Positions 1 to 12,670 of a DNA stretch of 64,000 bases are shown piece after piece; within the stretch, counting starts at the first letter, position 1; the number at the start of each line of letters is the position of its first letter. The translations under genes and the position numbers were made by a program. Source of the stretch: Camelus ferus (taxonomy: Eukaryota); NCBI RefSeq assembly GCF_009834535.1, contig NC_045696.1, positions 67,024,001 through 67,088,000 of the forward strand. Reading direction: 5' to 3'. The notes beneath the pieces were generated by a model, which saw only the letters and a program-made list of their open reading frames with translations, was not told where the DNA came from and did no database searches.

Positions 1-125
1 CGTGTAATAAACCATAATGGAAAAGAATATGAAAAAGAATGTGTATATACATGTTTGTATGACTGAGTCACTTTGTTGTAACCAGAAAAAAACACAATAC
101 TGTGAATCAACTATTCTTTAAGAAA
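1..125 (+). mobile_element. L1 3' UTR end (cetartiodactyl-type), cut by the window edge
   Basis: AACCATAATGGAAAAGAATATGAAAAAGAA...ACTGAGTCACTTTGTTGT...AATCAACTAT followed by an A-rich tail; visibly homologous to 4654-4830 in this window. Confidence 0.8.
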
Positions 126-2079
126 GAGAAAGAGAAATTGAACCAAAAGGGATTTTACAGTTGAATTTACCTAACAAAATGATAGAATCACCAAAAGCAA
201 GAACTAAAAGAACAGCATCCATTAACCCCTCTAACCACCTACAGAAACACAGGTGTGGCCAAAGGAAGGACTGGACCACAGCGCCACAGGGAGTCAACTG
301 CAGATCTGCATTTCCTTACCACCCTGCTCTCTGAAATCATCCAAAGCTTTCAACACAAGGTGTGCTTTATCCTTCTCAAACCGGGCAAGACGAGCCAGAG
401 GTTTTACCAATGAAAAATGAAGAGGCCAGCCAAAATTCCAGCCAACCCTGCACACTTACTGGGCATTACCGAGTGCCAGGGCCTGGGCCAAGTGCTCTAG
501 GGGACACAGTGGAGGGTGGCTCTGTCACTGCTCTCCCGTCTAGCGGCGGAAGCAGGCACCCCCGCCAGTAACTTGATTCCAAGCAGACTGTGATAAGTGT
601 TATCTCAGATCAGTGCAGGAGACAGGTCACACGACTGGAATAGCATGAAGCCAGGCCTGAGGCCGAGGCCCTGCTGTCATTTAGGAACCCTATCGGGTTC
701 ATCTTGCAGCTTGGCAGTGATCCAAAACCCCTGTAGCTTCTTGTCCTGGGATGCTCCACTGCATCTCCCGGAGTCTACGGTGAAGGCCCCTGGAGTTTGA
801 GAGTTTCTCAAGACCATTGAGGAGAGAGGTTTGTTCCACTTTGTAAAATAAATGATCCTAGAATGTCTGGGACTGTGGAAAAATGGCCTACCTATATGGG
901 ACATTTTCTCTCTCCTAGCAAGTCGTAGGAGGTGCCCAACATCAAAACCTCCAGTTTTCTAGCCATTCAGGAAGTGAACTAAACCAAAAATATTAAGTTT
1001 GTTTATTTTTCTGTGGCAACTCTAATCTCATTCAGCTTTGCCTTAGCTCTTTGCACTTCTGCCTCCGCAGCAGGGACCATGAGGTCCTGGTGTGGAGCCC
1101 CTGTGACTCCCCTTGCCCCCACAGCACCTAGGAAAAGCATTATTGGATTAAATCCTCAATCCTCAAAGTCAGCTGAATGAAATTCAGCCTTCTGCTATTC
1201 CTTCAACTCTTCCCCGTTTTCCAACTTGCAGGGAAATTTTCCAAAATGTTCTCAAACTTAGAATTGAAAATGGAAAGGAAGAAATGACCCACTTCTCTAC
1301 TAAATATTACAATTGTGTTAAATTTGCCAAAAAGTAAGGGTTGGGAGAGGAATTAACTTGGCTGCAAAAAGAGAAGAGGCTCTGAGTAAAAGCCCAAAGG
1401 CTTGAGGTCTGCCCCGGGCTCTGCCAGACCTCAGGCAAACTGTCCTCTCTCTGGGTCTGATCTTTTTAAGGACACACGAGGGCCCAGCAGGTTTATTGCC
1501 AAGAGTAGGTTTCTTTCGAGCGATCTATCATTTTAATTATAGTTCTTCTTTCTACTATCTGCAACAATAATAATAATGGTATAATAATTTATAATCTACA
1601 AAGCATTTATAGACGCTTTATTCATATATATATGAATGAAACTGTGCTTTCAACCTTGTAATTTTATAACCAGGGCTTGATGATGTGGAAGAGAGGCAAG
1701 GTGAGCTGGGACATATTCCCCTCCATGCCCCCTCTGAAACAGAGTTGACCTCTAGAGCTACTCTGACCGAGATCAGATGCCTGTGGTCACACTCTGATCC
1801 AAACCAACTGTTGAGGCTTTGGCATGGACTAGTCACTGTGTGAATGTTTCCAAGAAACCCACAAATCTGTGCTTCTATGTGTGCTGGCCAGACCCACCCA
1901 CCAGAGCCCAAGGGAACCTTCAGGCAGAAAAGCCATTTCTCCTCTTTTCTTCTTACCTCATTTTCACTGCCAACCTCTAGTGCACTCTTATGGCTTCAAT
2001 CACCACCTAACAATGACGGTGACCAACTCAGGTATTTTAACCTGAACTGGGATTTCAACTCCCAACCCACTTTCCTAAG

Positions 2080-2900
2080 TAATTAATCAACATCTGCATT
2101 GAGTCTTTGAATCTCAAGGTGACCCACTCTGCCTTTATTCCCTTCCATTTTAACAGCGCCTCTTCCTGACCTCCCTGGCTCTTCCAGCATTTGCCTTATT
2201 AACTCAGCTCAAAACTTATACTTCAATTCTGATTTCTTTCCTTGGACTTCTATTGCTAATCACTGGTTGAGTCCAGCAGATTTTCCCCTTGCAGTATCTA
2301 CTCCTATAATACTTAGGCATCATCATTGTTTACTTAGACAAATATCTAATTCTTAAAGTATTCTTCTAAGCTATTTCACCATGCATTTTTTTCCTAATCT
2401 TTCCATATTTCTAACCAGAAACACTCAGAAGCTCTCTATTGCCTACCACATAGGCCATTTTTTTTTTTTTAAACACTGGTGTCGGAGGTCTTCCATGATC
2501 TAGCACAATCAGCTATTTCACTTAAGGCAACCGTGCACCATTCTCCATGCCTGCCTTCCCCATGCATAGACCTTTGTGACACTGTTAAGTTGTTCAGTAT
2601 GTCCTGCCCTATTCCTCCACACCAGTCTTACTAAAACACAATTCTATTCTCCAAGGTATACCCTGAATGGCCCCTTTCCCATTACAACTTTCTCAAGCCC
2701 AATATGTGTCCATCTTTTGAACTCCACATTCATTTTGCCTTTTTCCTTGAGAGAGAGGGCACTAACCTTATTCTGCCTAATTATCTGGTCATTTGTGTAC
2801 ATATTTGTCATTACTTTTCAGTTAGACTCTCAGTAATCAGAAGGCCAGGTCCGTACTTCACTCACCAGTGTGCTCCGTGGTGAATGAGAGTGAATTGGGC
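2080..2900 (+). mobile_element. Degenerate L2 LINE 3' region
   Basis: Pyrimidine-rich L2-like motifs (CTCTCTATTGCCTAC, GTCTTCCATGATCTAGC, TTAGACT...GAAGGCCAGG) ending in a TGAATGA-like tail near 2881. Confidence 0.6.
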
Positions 2901-3304
2901 TGGACCAGAAGCAGACTGACATGAGTAAGCATGTAGTTAAGCAGGAAGAAACCAGACAGAAGACAAATGGGCAGACAGCTCTGTCACATCAGCTTCGGAG
3001 TTCCTGGTTTATATGAGGGAGCACACTTGCAGAATTGTTTTTATTATTCCAGGTTGCATGCCAGTGGGCATCACTGGGGAATGTGACATGAAAAAGAGCT
3101 CAATACAGCTTTGATTTGAATGGGGTTACAGTGAGGAATCAAAAAGATAAGGAACAAGAAAGAGAAGAAGGAAATCAAAGACCATCACGGTCTTTTACCT
3201 ATGATTAATTCTGTGATATTAGCTGGGAGGATACAGTTATAACATGGCTACACTTCACTGACTTTCACAGATTTGCTGTTTTTATGGCAATAAGAAAATG
3301 TTAG

Positions 3305-3455
3305 GTCGGGGGACGGTATAGCTCAGTGGTAGATGCTAAGCATGCATGAGGTCCTGGGCTCAATCCCCAGTACCTCTGTTCAAACAAAAATAAAATAAAA
3401 TAAAATAGAAAACCTAATTACTTCCCCCTTACAAAAAAAAAAAAAAAAGCTAAAA
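3305..3455 (+). mobile_element. tRNA-derived SINE, camelid Vic-1 type, full length with TSD
   Basis: Head GGGGGACGGTATAGCTCAGTGGTAG with Pol III A box (3319-3329) and B box GGCTCAATCC (3357-3366), (TAAAA)n linker, tail CCTAATTACTTCCCCC, poly(A); direct repeat AAAATGTTAG at 3295-3304 and 3456-3465. Confidence 0.9.
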
Positions 3456-4653
3456 AAAATGTTAGAACTGGGTGGAGCTTAAGAAAAAAAGAAATTCGGT
3501 GCAAAGGAGCAGCTCACCCCAAATCACAAAGCAGGAATGAGACCACTTACCCTGGTATCCAGGGCATCCTATAGTTGCGATTGCTCTTTTAACTATCCTT
3601 TTACTGACTTAACTACACAAGAATGCAGAAGGCCAGAGTATCCACATTTAAGTAGTGTTGATCTTAGAGAAATGGATGACTGATTGCATCTCCAAAGTTC
3701 ACCCAGGGTCTTCCTTCACCATTGGCAAATCATGTGAGCTATTTGTACGTGTGTCTGGAAGGAACTGGAAGGTCTTAGATGACAGAGTCCCTGTTTATCT
3801 CATAACACCTGGAAGGCACGTTGCTGTATTAAATACCCAATCAATGATCAACTGAATTGATGTAACCTTCTGATATTCCATATCTCTTTCCCATACTCCG
3901 TTACGGTCAGTCACTCAAGAGTCTCTAACTTAAACTTGCCAGGTAGAATTCCTCCTGCAAAATAATTAATTTGCTCCCTGCATTCCTAATAGTCATTCAA
4001 CCCCACAGCACAAGAATCTGGCTCCTCAAACCTAAAACTCTGGCTTTTGAACAGGATGTGAGCACGCTGTGCCTAGCCAGCCCTCAGCGCAGGGACAGTG
4101 TGTGCCCTGGGCCAGGACCTGGCTCTCTACCCAGCAGCTGCACCCTGAGCCCCAGGACCAAGAGCATGGCCACCTGGTGCTTATCCGCTCGTTCCACCTG
4201 ACAGGAAGATGGTTTAAGCTTTCTCTTGCACAATGCACTGGAGGTGGAGGAGGCAGGCAGACAAAAAGAACTGGTCAGGTTGATTTCATCAGCCATACCA
4301 GCAGCTCCTCAATATTTCTTTGAGAGAAGATGTTTGGCAGCTTAAGCACGGCATGCTCAGGCAGATTCCACTTACCAGGACACATGAGCGGTCTTGAGCC
4401 TCCTCCTCCCCCCTTTTCATTTCTCTCTCCTCCTTCTCCTGGCCCTAGGCAAGGATTTTTTTTTTTTCTTTCTTTTCTGGGGGTAAATCGGATGTTAACA
4501 GAGTCTATGGATTTAATTTCAAGTAACATGCACTTTTCTACAATACTGCGTTCTCCACAGTAGATCTTTAGAAATAAGTATGCAATTCTTACTTGTGTTT
4601 CTCTTCATAATTGTATGAAGTTTTCTCCTTCTACTAAAGAAATAAGTATGCAA

Positions 4654-4830
4654 ACAACAGGGTCCTACTGTGTAGCACAGGGAACTATATTTAATACCTT
4701 TTAATTGCCTATAATGAAAAAATACGAAAAGGAATGTGTATACATATATATATAAATGAATCACTCTGCTGTACACTAGAAATTAACACAACACTGTAAC
4801 TCAACTATACTTCAATAAAAAAAAAAAAAA
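4654..4830 (+). mobile_element. 5'-truncated L1 (3' UTR only) with poly(A) and TSD
   Basis: GTCCTACTGTGTAGCACAGGGAACTATAT...TCAACTATACTTCAATAAAA(A)n; flanking repeat AAAGAAATAAGTATGCAA (4636-4653) versus AAAGAAAGAAGAATGCAA (4828-4845), 16/18 identical. Confidence 0.9.
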
Positions 4831-7496
4831 GAAAGAAGAATGCAATGTGTTCCTCTCCCCTTTAAGAATTTATTCCCCCCCCCATGGACACAAAAGTAAT
4901 ATGCTCACTGTAGAAATTTTGGAAATTTTATTATATATAAATGTAGAAATTTTGGAATTGTATATATGTATATGTGTGTGTGTATATATATATATATAAA
5001 ATATACCTACATTAAATGGATCATTTGATAGAAACAATGTAAAATTTAAGTTAAATATATATTAAAACTTTTTTCATGCTAGTTATTTTCTTTCAAGCAT
5101 AATTATTTGGTCTCAGATTACTGCATTACAGAGCTAGAACATTTGTGGTTCTACTCGGTTGGACCTTAGGATCTATTTCTTGATTACTACTTACTACACA
5201 GGGACAAATATCTAGTGCACAATCTTCTTCTGTTGTGTGTATTTATGTTCATTTTCTTAGAATGAGTCCTCTTTCCACTTTGTGAGATGTGACACTGAAT
5301 CTGGATTCTCAGATTTAGCCAACAGACCCAGGATTGGACTGTGAGAGGTTTGGGAAACTGAGGAAGAGTGAAAAAGTAAAGGACTGATACTACAGCTTCC
5401 AGCTCTCCGGGCTCATTACAGCCCACAACAAACCATTGCCAAAATTCCTGCTTATTAAACAACCTGCCCCAAGACTCTCTCAGACTTTAATTGACCCACA
5501 GTTTCACTTATCCCTTTAATTACAGTCCTAAAGCACTCGGAGACCCATGTGGCTCAGTACATAAGCCACGTCAAGTTCAACCAGCATAGTTCAACAGGTG
5601 AAAGCAATTAAAGGAATTTCATTCTTTACTTTTATCCATATATGGACTTTAGACGGGGCCCCAACTAACCAATCCAAAGCAACACTCAACACAATTTTAG
5701 CCACTTTCCTTAATCTTGCAACTCCTATAATACCATTCTCTTAGGCCTTTTATTAATGTAGATCAACTTAATCTCCTTCTCAGTCAGAACAATCTTTCCT
5801 CGTTAGAAGAGAGTAAAATGGAAAGAGGCATAAAAGGATTTTATCTGGTGGACCAGGGTGAAGAACTGAATGTTAGTACTTTCTGTCATGCCACATCATC
5901 ATTCCTCAAATATTTACTGAAACTGGACAAGCCAGGAATGGTGCTAGTTCCTACAGGGAATATGAATTGAAGAAAATTTCTACTGTTAAGAAGAACTAGT
6001 GGAGAGAGCTAGCAAATAGTGAGCTTTGTGACAAGAGGATTGGTCCTCCATTACAGAAAGACAAAGGTTATTGGTTTCTGGCACCATGTCTCTGTTGATT
6101 CATATTGGGAGGGGGATGAGTCCCAGATATTTAATGTAATAAACGTTATTTTATTTATTAAATGTGGGCAAGGGAAGCCCTATGGAGGATGCAAACACTT
6201 GACTAACCACCAGGAATTTATAATCTACTTAGATAAATGCTAGACTTAGACATAAAATGGTAAATAAGCAGTTATTTTTAAAAATTATATAAGCAGCAAG
6301 TGTCAATATATTTTAAAGTAGAAAGATAGTATTTTTTGTGGGTTTGGTCAGGAGGGGCTTCAGGAAAGGAAATGGAAGGAAACTGGACTTTGAAAAATTT
6401 TTCATTCTTTTTAGTTCAAGTAGAGTTGCTAGGGGATATAGATTTGGAGCTGCAAGGTTGATCTTGAGATAACACTACTTCAGATGAATTTGGACTCCAT
6501 TTGGTTTTCTTGTTTCATGTATGTTTGGTGAGTATCTACCATGAGTGAAAAAATAGGTCAAATTCTAGTGAGATAACTATTCATAGACATGAAAAGGGAA
6601 AGATAATTATTTTTGTATTCTATTTTACAGTTTACAAACCTTATTCACACATTATTTCAAGCTCAATAAATCTTTGTACAATTGGTATCTCTATATCTTA
6701 GCCATAAAAACAAAATGTACTCTACCAAAAAAAAACAAAAACAAAAACAAACAAACAAACAAAAAACTAAGCCAGGGTTTGTCACTTGCTCTAGATTACA
6801 CAGGGATCCAAACCATTTTATTTATCCTGAACTACAGCTACTGCTGTTGAATGTTTTTTACCAATTAAATAAACTTTGCTCTTTGATCATCTATGATTAG
6901 TTATTCAGCTTAGTAATTGCACTGATCATTTTCATAGTTTATGTCTTAGATATTTGTCTTTTCCTTATTTTAGAAATTCATTATTCCAAAAATTAGGTAC
7001 CAGAGATCTTATTAGCATCTGGGAATAAATTGCTTGCTTTCTATGACATTTACTAAAAGCCAAAGAGTTGGCTTAGCTCATTAGTCTTCTTTGCATAATT
7101 TTCCATGTATTTTCATTAAATTTTGTACTGAAACAACATTGATTTTACTTTATTTTTCAGCATTTAAAACTTTAAGTAAGTTTTAATCCCCATTATTTTG
7201 ATATTAAAATATATCAATATATTTTGTGTACTATATAAATAGTGTATATTAGATACATCAATAGATTATTAACAATATAATATATAGATTATTATAATAT
7301 CCTATTGTTTGTTGTAATGTGTTATATGAGTAATTTTCTTTTAAAAATATATTTTATTAATATCTGATAGAAATAAAGTGACTATAAATATAATTTTTGT
7401 ATTTATATTAAAAAGTAAACAAGATCTATAATAATCAAAGACCTGGTAATTGCTATAAAATTTAAGGACAGGCAGCTGCTCAACTTTAAGGAAACA

Positions 7497-7700
7497 TTTT
7501 TGGAGAAATTATTGTGCACCAGGTATTATGCTGGGCTCTTTTGCATGCCTTGCTGCATTTAATTCTCAAAACAAGCCTCAGAGTTTAAAGTTCTAGCCCG
7601 TATTTTTACAAATGAGGATATGTGCTCAGAAATACTTGTAAGCTCAGCCAAGATCACATATCTGGCAAGTGGGGGAACCAGGATGTGTCCAAATGAACAA
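7497..7700 (-). mobile_element. MIR SINE
   Basis: Antisense MIR core: CATTTAATTCTCAAAACAA...ATTTTTACAAATGAGGA...GCCAAGATCACA. Confidence 0.8.
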
Positions 7701-8779
7701 CTTTTATCCCAGGTTTGGGACGTGGGAAAAGGAGGCATCCAGGATATCATTTGCTTGTGTTGCTTAAGCTGGTCACTGTGACCAGTATAACACTGTGAAT
7801 GGAAAGTTAGCAAGTCCCGTTGTCCCCTGCGCTTATTTGAGGATAGAGCTCAGTTTTGGAACTGCACTATGGAAAACGCAGGAAGTCCACTGCCACTGAA
7901 ACAAACTTCATTTTTCTTTTTTATGGATTTGCTTTAACTTTGCAACTGATTTCAGGTTTTCTTATGCAAAAGTGTAACTTCATCATCTGGGCCACCAGTA
8001 ACCCTCTCCTCTCACCTTCACCAGTTTCCACAATAAAAACAATTGTCCTAATGGAAGGTACGTGTGAAAATTTCATCACAAATAATACTGCCATTTGAAA
8101 AACATGACGTCTTTCTTCCGATGAACTTAAGGGATTCTTGCCAACATTATTAGTGACAATACAACCTCACACAGTACTTAGGACATAGCTAGAGGACATG
8201 ATACCTCCGTTTATTAAACATGCACTATACATTTTAGGCAATTCTCTTTTAATCATCACAGTTGGGTATCACCATACAGACAAGGAAAGGAAATTGAGTC
8301 TGATCCAAAAAATAACTGCCCCAAAGTCAGACAACTAATCAGTGGTAGAATCACATGGGATGTCCGATCCTCAGGTTAGAGAACCACTTACTTTTTAGAA
8401 GAACTTAAGGTAAGACTATTGCTAAAGTTTTCCAAATTTTAAGCTCCTCCCCTTTTAATGTAGGTTATTAATACTGTTCTGCCTACTCTACAGGCTGTTT
8501 GAGGACATCAAAGGAGTTAACAGATGGAAGTGAGAACACTTAACACAAAGTATAAGCAGTACAGAAATATCAGGCCTTGCTGGTCTGTTTAAAGCACCTC
8601 TGCATTTTTTTTAAAGTGAATTATTTATTAAGCACTTATTTACAGTAAGAATGTTCTAGACTTTGGGACTATGCTCAGAGATGGACCATATATATACTTT
8701 TCTGTATAATGAAAAAAAAGTTTGAAAATTTCAAAGATGAACTTGGAGAAGTAGGAGCAAAGTCTACGCAGTTATGGAA

Positions 8780-9440
8780 GTCTGGTTCAGAGTATTTGGT
8801 CCAATCGTCCTCTCGCGTGATCTCACTTTCCCCTGGAGAGGCGAAAGCCGCAACAAAATTTCCCGATTCATTTTCGGTTGGAGATCCAGGTGTGATTCAG
8901 GTTCCATATAAGGTGTAATCACATGGGACTTGAAATTTGAACTGAGAGGAATAGGATAGTGTGTTATCAGTGTGGATTAGAGCAGATGTGGCATGGCTCT
9001 GGAGACAAACCGGTGCTGAGGCTTGCTTGATTTGGCAGAAAATGACTCCTTGATAGAAGAAGAGGTGGCGTGATGGGGGACCCTGAAGCTATAGTGGCAG
9101 CTTCCGATTTTGCATGTGAGGTTTCCTGATTGGAGCACAAGGATGCTGTTCAAGAACCAGTATCTGTAGATAATTGAGCAGCTCCCACTGAGGCTTTTTT
9201 ACCTGTGATAAGGGGCTGCCTCCTGATTTGATGAGCTGCTTCCTGATCACGGCAGGTGTAGCTGCTCCTTTGGCAGCCTGGCTCAGCAGTATAGACTTGA
9301 GAGTAGATTCTAGCATCTCATCCAACAGATTTTTATTCACGTTAGTACGTCTGTAAGCCATCTGAACTGCTGTAATAATTCCTTTTATTCAAATTGTCTA
9401 GAGTAAAATCTGCTCTCTGTATCAGAATATTGACCGTTAT
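8780..9440 (+). mobile_element. Ancient ERVL/MaLR-class solo LTR (subfamily uncertain)
   Basis: GTGGCAGCTTCC / GCTTCCTGATCACGGCAG motifs, and a 3' end AATAATTCCTTTT...CTAGAGT...TCTG...TGACC resembling old MLT1/ERVL LTR U5 ends; 5' boundary uncertain. Confidence 0.5.
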
Positions 9441-9553
9441 GAAAGACCAAAGAGGATATACGGGACACATAAAAGGATGATTTTAAGGACTATTTTTTAA
9501 AGTAAATCAAATCATTGAGTTGAGTAACAGTTGACCCTAAGAATAGGTCTCCC

Positions 9554-9640
9554 ATGGAGATTCCTCTCCTTTTTACTACCAGTTATTTCCTGTTTCCTTC
9601 TCTCTATCCCTCATCTGTTGACCTGCCACCCGGAGGAAAG
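9554..9640 (+). other. Candidate first coding exon of an unannotated spliced transcript
   Basis: cccATGG start, 29 open codons (MEIPLLFTTSYFLFPSLYPSSVDLPPGGK) ending in a consensus donor AAG|GTAAGT at 9641; no recognisable homology. Confidence 0.2.
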
Positions 9641-10107
9641 GTAAGTTAGACCGTATGTACTTTCAGCTGTAACATCTGCAAAGAAATGTTCTTTTGAAAT
9701 GCAATGTCATATTTCCAATTTGCATTGTTTGATTCCTTGTCAATATGTTGTGATGATTTTCATTGAAATCAAATTTATTTTCCTCTTTATCCTCAAGTGC
9801 ACATTCTCTTATTTTTTTCTTTACTGAAAAGAAAATCCTTACTGCTAGGGTGTCTCTCTTCTAATTGAGGAAAGGTTTTGCTGAATAGAGGCTTTATTTT
9901 CCTTCGATACGGCCACTGTTCTTTCAAAGCAACACTGGGGCTACAATTGCGTTTCAATCTCAGTGTAAGAGTAAACAGCTAAGCATAATCAGCTCCCACT
10001 CACAGTGGCTAATCTAAATGAGGTGCTGATATTGTTCCAGCTATGGGTACCCAGTGTTTCCCACACCTTAATTTAATTATGTATGGTTAACTGCATCCTT
10101 ATAGGAG

Positions 10108-10170
10108 ACACTTCTGATACAATTTGAAAATGGTTTTAGAGAAACACTTCTGAAACAATTTGAAAATGGT
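10108..10170. repeat. Local tandem duplication, period 36 bp
   Basis: ACACTTCTGATACAATTTGAAAATGGT (10108-10134) and ACACTTCTGAAACAATTTGAAAATGGT (10144-10170), 26/27 identical. Confidence 0.95.
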
Positions 10171-11867
10171 AAGGTGGCCTGGACTTTGAGAAAGTCAAAA
10201 GTTAAATTCTATACATGGTTTTGCTACTAATTAGTTGTATAAACGTAGACTTGTCATCTTTCTGGGCCTCATTGTTTTCGTCTTTAAGATGAGAAGATTG
10301 GACTGGATAATTCCTGTGTTTTGTTATTCAACCACCATTTGTTGGAACCTATCAAATGCCAAGTCATATGCTTACAGTTGATGTTATAGAGTTGGATGTC
10401 ACCATGATTCCTGCTTCAAGGATTGTGACACCTGGTATGGGAAGCAGACATAAACCAATAATAACTCAGTATGATGATCTCTATTGACTTTTCCAGTTAT
10501 GAGTCAAATGAGAGTTTCCCTTTTACTCCCAGCAAGTGGTTGTGTGTGTGTGAGCTCGTGCACGTCCTCATACAGGAGCTAATTAATTGACAGAAAAGTT
10601 CAAGCGGAGGTAGACTTTACAGAGATAATTGTCAGTTAAAGAAGGGTTATCATTGGAAATATAAGAATAATAATATTTACTTATTGGATTTTATTTACAC
10701 TTACTTTTCCACATGGAGAGAGGCTAACTGGGCGAGGTTCACAAAAGGCTGGATGAAATTGTGTAACTCAGAGTGAAAAAATGTTTCCACTTAGTTTCAT
10801 CATTTTTAAGTCATTTCTGAAGTCAACTGGATTCTCACACTCTGGAATATCTCCCACCATCACAGCAACCCAGGGAATGACCTTCCTTGATGATTGTTTT
10901 CCTGGTTTGCAGGAAGGGAATTTGAGAATTCTCTGGCAACACTCAGGAGGATATCAAGTCCCAGGGTCCAGACTCAACCTCTGAGAACTGCCTCTGCTAC
11001 CTTCTAAATATATTTCTGCTCTAAAGAAATGACCGTAGACAAGTCACTCGATCCCTCTGCACAGGGTTTTGTTCGTTTGTTTGTTTCTTTGTTTGTTTGT
11101 TTCAGTTGACAAATGATGACCACTTTTGTCTACCTGATAGGAAAATTGGGAAATTCAAAATGCTTGCAGTCTTTAAAGACGTTCACAAATGTTAGATGGG
11201 GGTAAATATTTTATAAGCTGGGGAGACGGCAGTAAGTGTTGAGAATGGGAAGTTTCAGTAAATAACGTAGCCATATCAGTTCAGAGCTGTAGGAGCCTTG
11301 GAGATAACTTAGTCCCGTATCCTCATTTTGCAGATGAGGGGCAAGGCCCCTTAGAGGAAGGACTAAGTGAGACAAGTGAGACATACCAAGTTCTACTCAC
11401 ACATATTCTGGCCAAGTACCAAGAATAAGAAACAGCAGTTAGTCATACAGATAGTTCACCAGTTCAGAAATGCTGAGGACAGTGACTCGGACAATACTTT
11501 TTGATTTGTTTTCTGTTTTGATATTTCTACAGTGAGTGCTTACTAATTCACTAGGTGATTCCTTTCTAAATTTACTTTTTTACTCCAAAGTCTACTCTCT
11601 CTAGACGTATCTCCCAGGGCAATGGGGCCTTAAAAAATGTTTCAAACTCTAAATCTGTAAATATGTGCTTTGGAAATACCTAGGCTTCTGAATTCTCATG
11701 ACTGTAGATTTCCTCCATCTTTCTTTAAGCATCTGCCCTTGGAAGAGTGGTATCTTGCCTCTGTTTAGGGAAAGAGCCTGCCTTTACCCCAAATCAGGCA
11801 TTTCCAATCTGCCCTCACTCACTCTACTCATTCACAGACAATCTCAAGATAGAAAAGTTGCAGTGAT

Positions 11868-12070
11868 TATTAGGAGACAGTTATCCCCGGGTCTCCCACA
11901 TTTCTGCATGTCCTTTGAGCGGAGCCACTAACTACTCTTGGCTCCAGAATATGTTCTCAAGGATGTTCATGTGGTGAAGAGCCTTGGGAGACGGGGCTGG
12001 TTCTTCCTTTTCAACAAGGGGAAGGAAGCCTCATAGGTCATTATAAAATATACAGTTTCCCTAAACACAG
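11868..12070 (+). mobile_element. 5' part of an ERVL-class LTR (MER54/MER73/MER74-like)
   Basis: GGAGACAGTT...GGGTCTCCCACATTTCTGCATGTC...TCAAGGATGTT...AGCCTTGG matches recalled LTR starts; truncated near 12070. Confidence 0.55.
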
Positions 12071-12111
12071 AAGACATACACACAGAAGAAAACATAAAAC
12101 TTAAAAGTGCG

Positions 12112-12160
12112 ATTTTTTTCTCTTTTAGGGGGGAGGTAATTAGGGTATTTATTTATTTTT
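12112..12160 (-). mobile_element. Vic-1 SINE 3' tail without tRNA head
   Basis: Reverse complement reads AAATAAATAAATACCCTAATTACCTCCCCCCTAAAAGAGAAAAAAA, matching the tail of the SINE at 3305-3455. Confidence 0.8.
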
Positions 12161-12385
12161 AATTTTGTTTTAATTTTTTAATTTTTTAATTGAGTTATAG
12201 TCAGTTTACAATGTTGTGTCAGTTTCTGGTGTATTGCACAGTTTTTCAGTCATACATGAATATACATATATTCGTTTTCATATTCTTTTTCACCGTAAGC
12301 TACTACAAGCTCTTGAATGAATTTCCCTGTGCTACACAGTGTAAACTTGTTCATTATTCTATATAGACCTGTCAGTATCTACAAT
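12161..12385 (-). mobile_element. Camelid-type L1 3' UTR fragment
   Basis: T-rich tail then TTGAGTTATAGTCAGTTTACAATGTTGTGTCA...TTTCCCTGTGCTACACAGT...TATCTACAA; reverse complement is homologous to 16740-16950. Confidence 0.88.
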
Positions 12386-12389
12386 GGAA

Positions 12390-12670
12390 TTTAGGGGAAA
12401 TGTAACATGCTACTTCTAGGACTGATCTGTCAAATAATTGCATGCCATCTTTCTTTTTCTCCCTCTCTTTTTCTACTTGCTAGCTCTGAGGACCTGCAGG
12501 AGAGCAAACTACGAGACGAAAGGAGCCTAGTACCTGAATGCCACACAGGTTGCCACTTCATCAGTCATACTCACACTTCACTGTCACACAGTAGAGATTG
12601 AATTTTATTAAGTTTCTAGGCCTTTGGATTTTATCTGGTATATCAACAAGAAAGTGTTGCTCTAATTACA
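12390..12670 (+). mobile_element. MLT1 (MaLR) LTR, 3' portion
   Basis: GAAAGGAGCCTAGTACCTGAAT motif and U5-like end ...CTCTAATTACA. Confidence 0.55.

Noticed and set aside
3308..3378. tRNA gene
   Set aside because: The tRNA-like head has an internal deletion and is followed by a SINE tail, poly(A) and TSD; it is a SINE.
9089..9361. 90-aa minus-strand ORF with protein-like composition
   Set aside because: Lies within the putative LTR, with no recognisable domain and no convincing splice sites.
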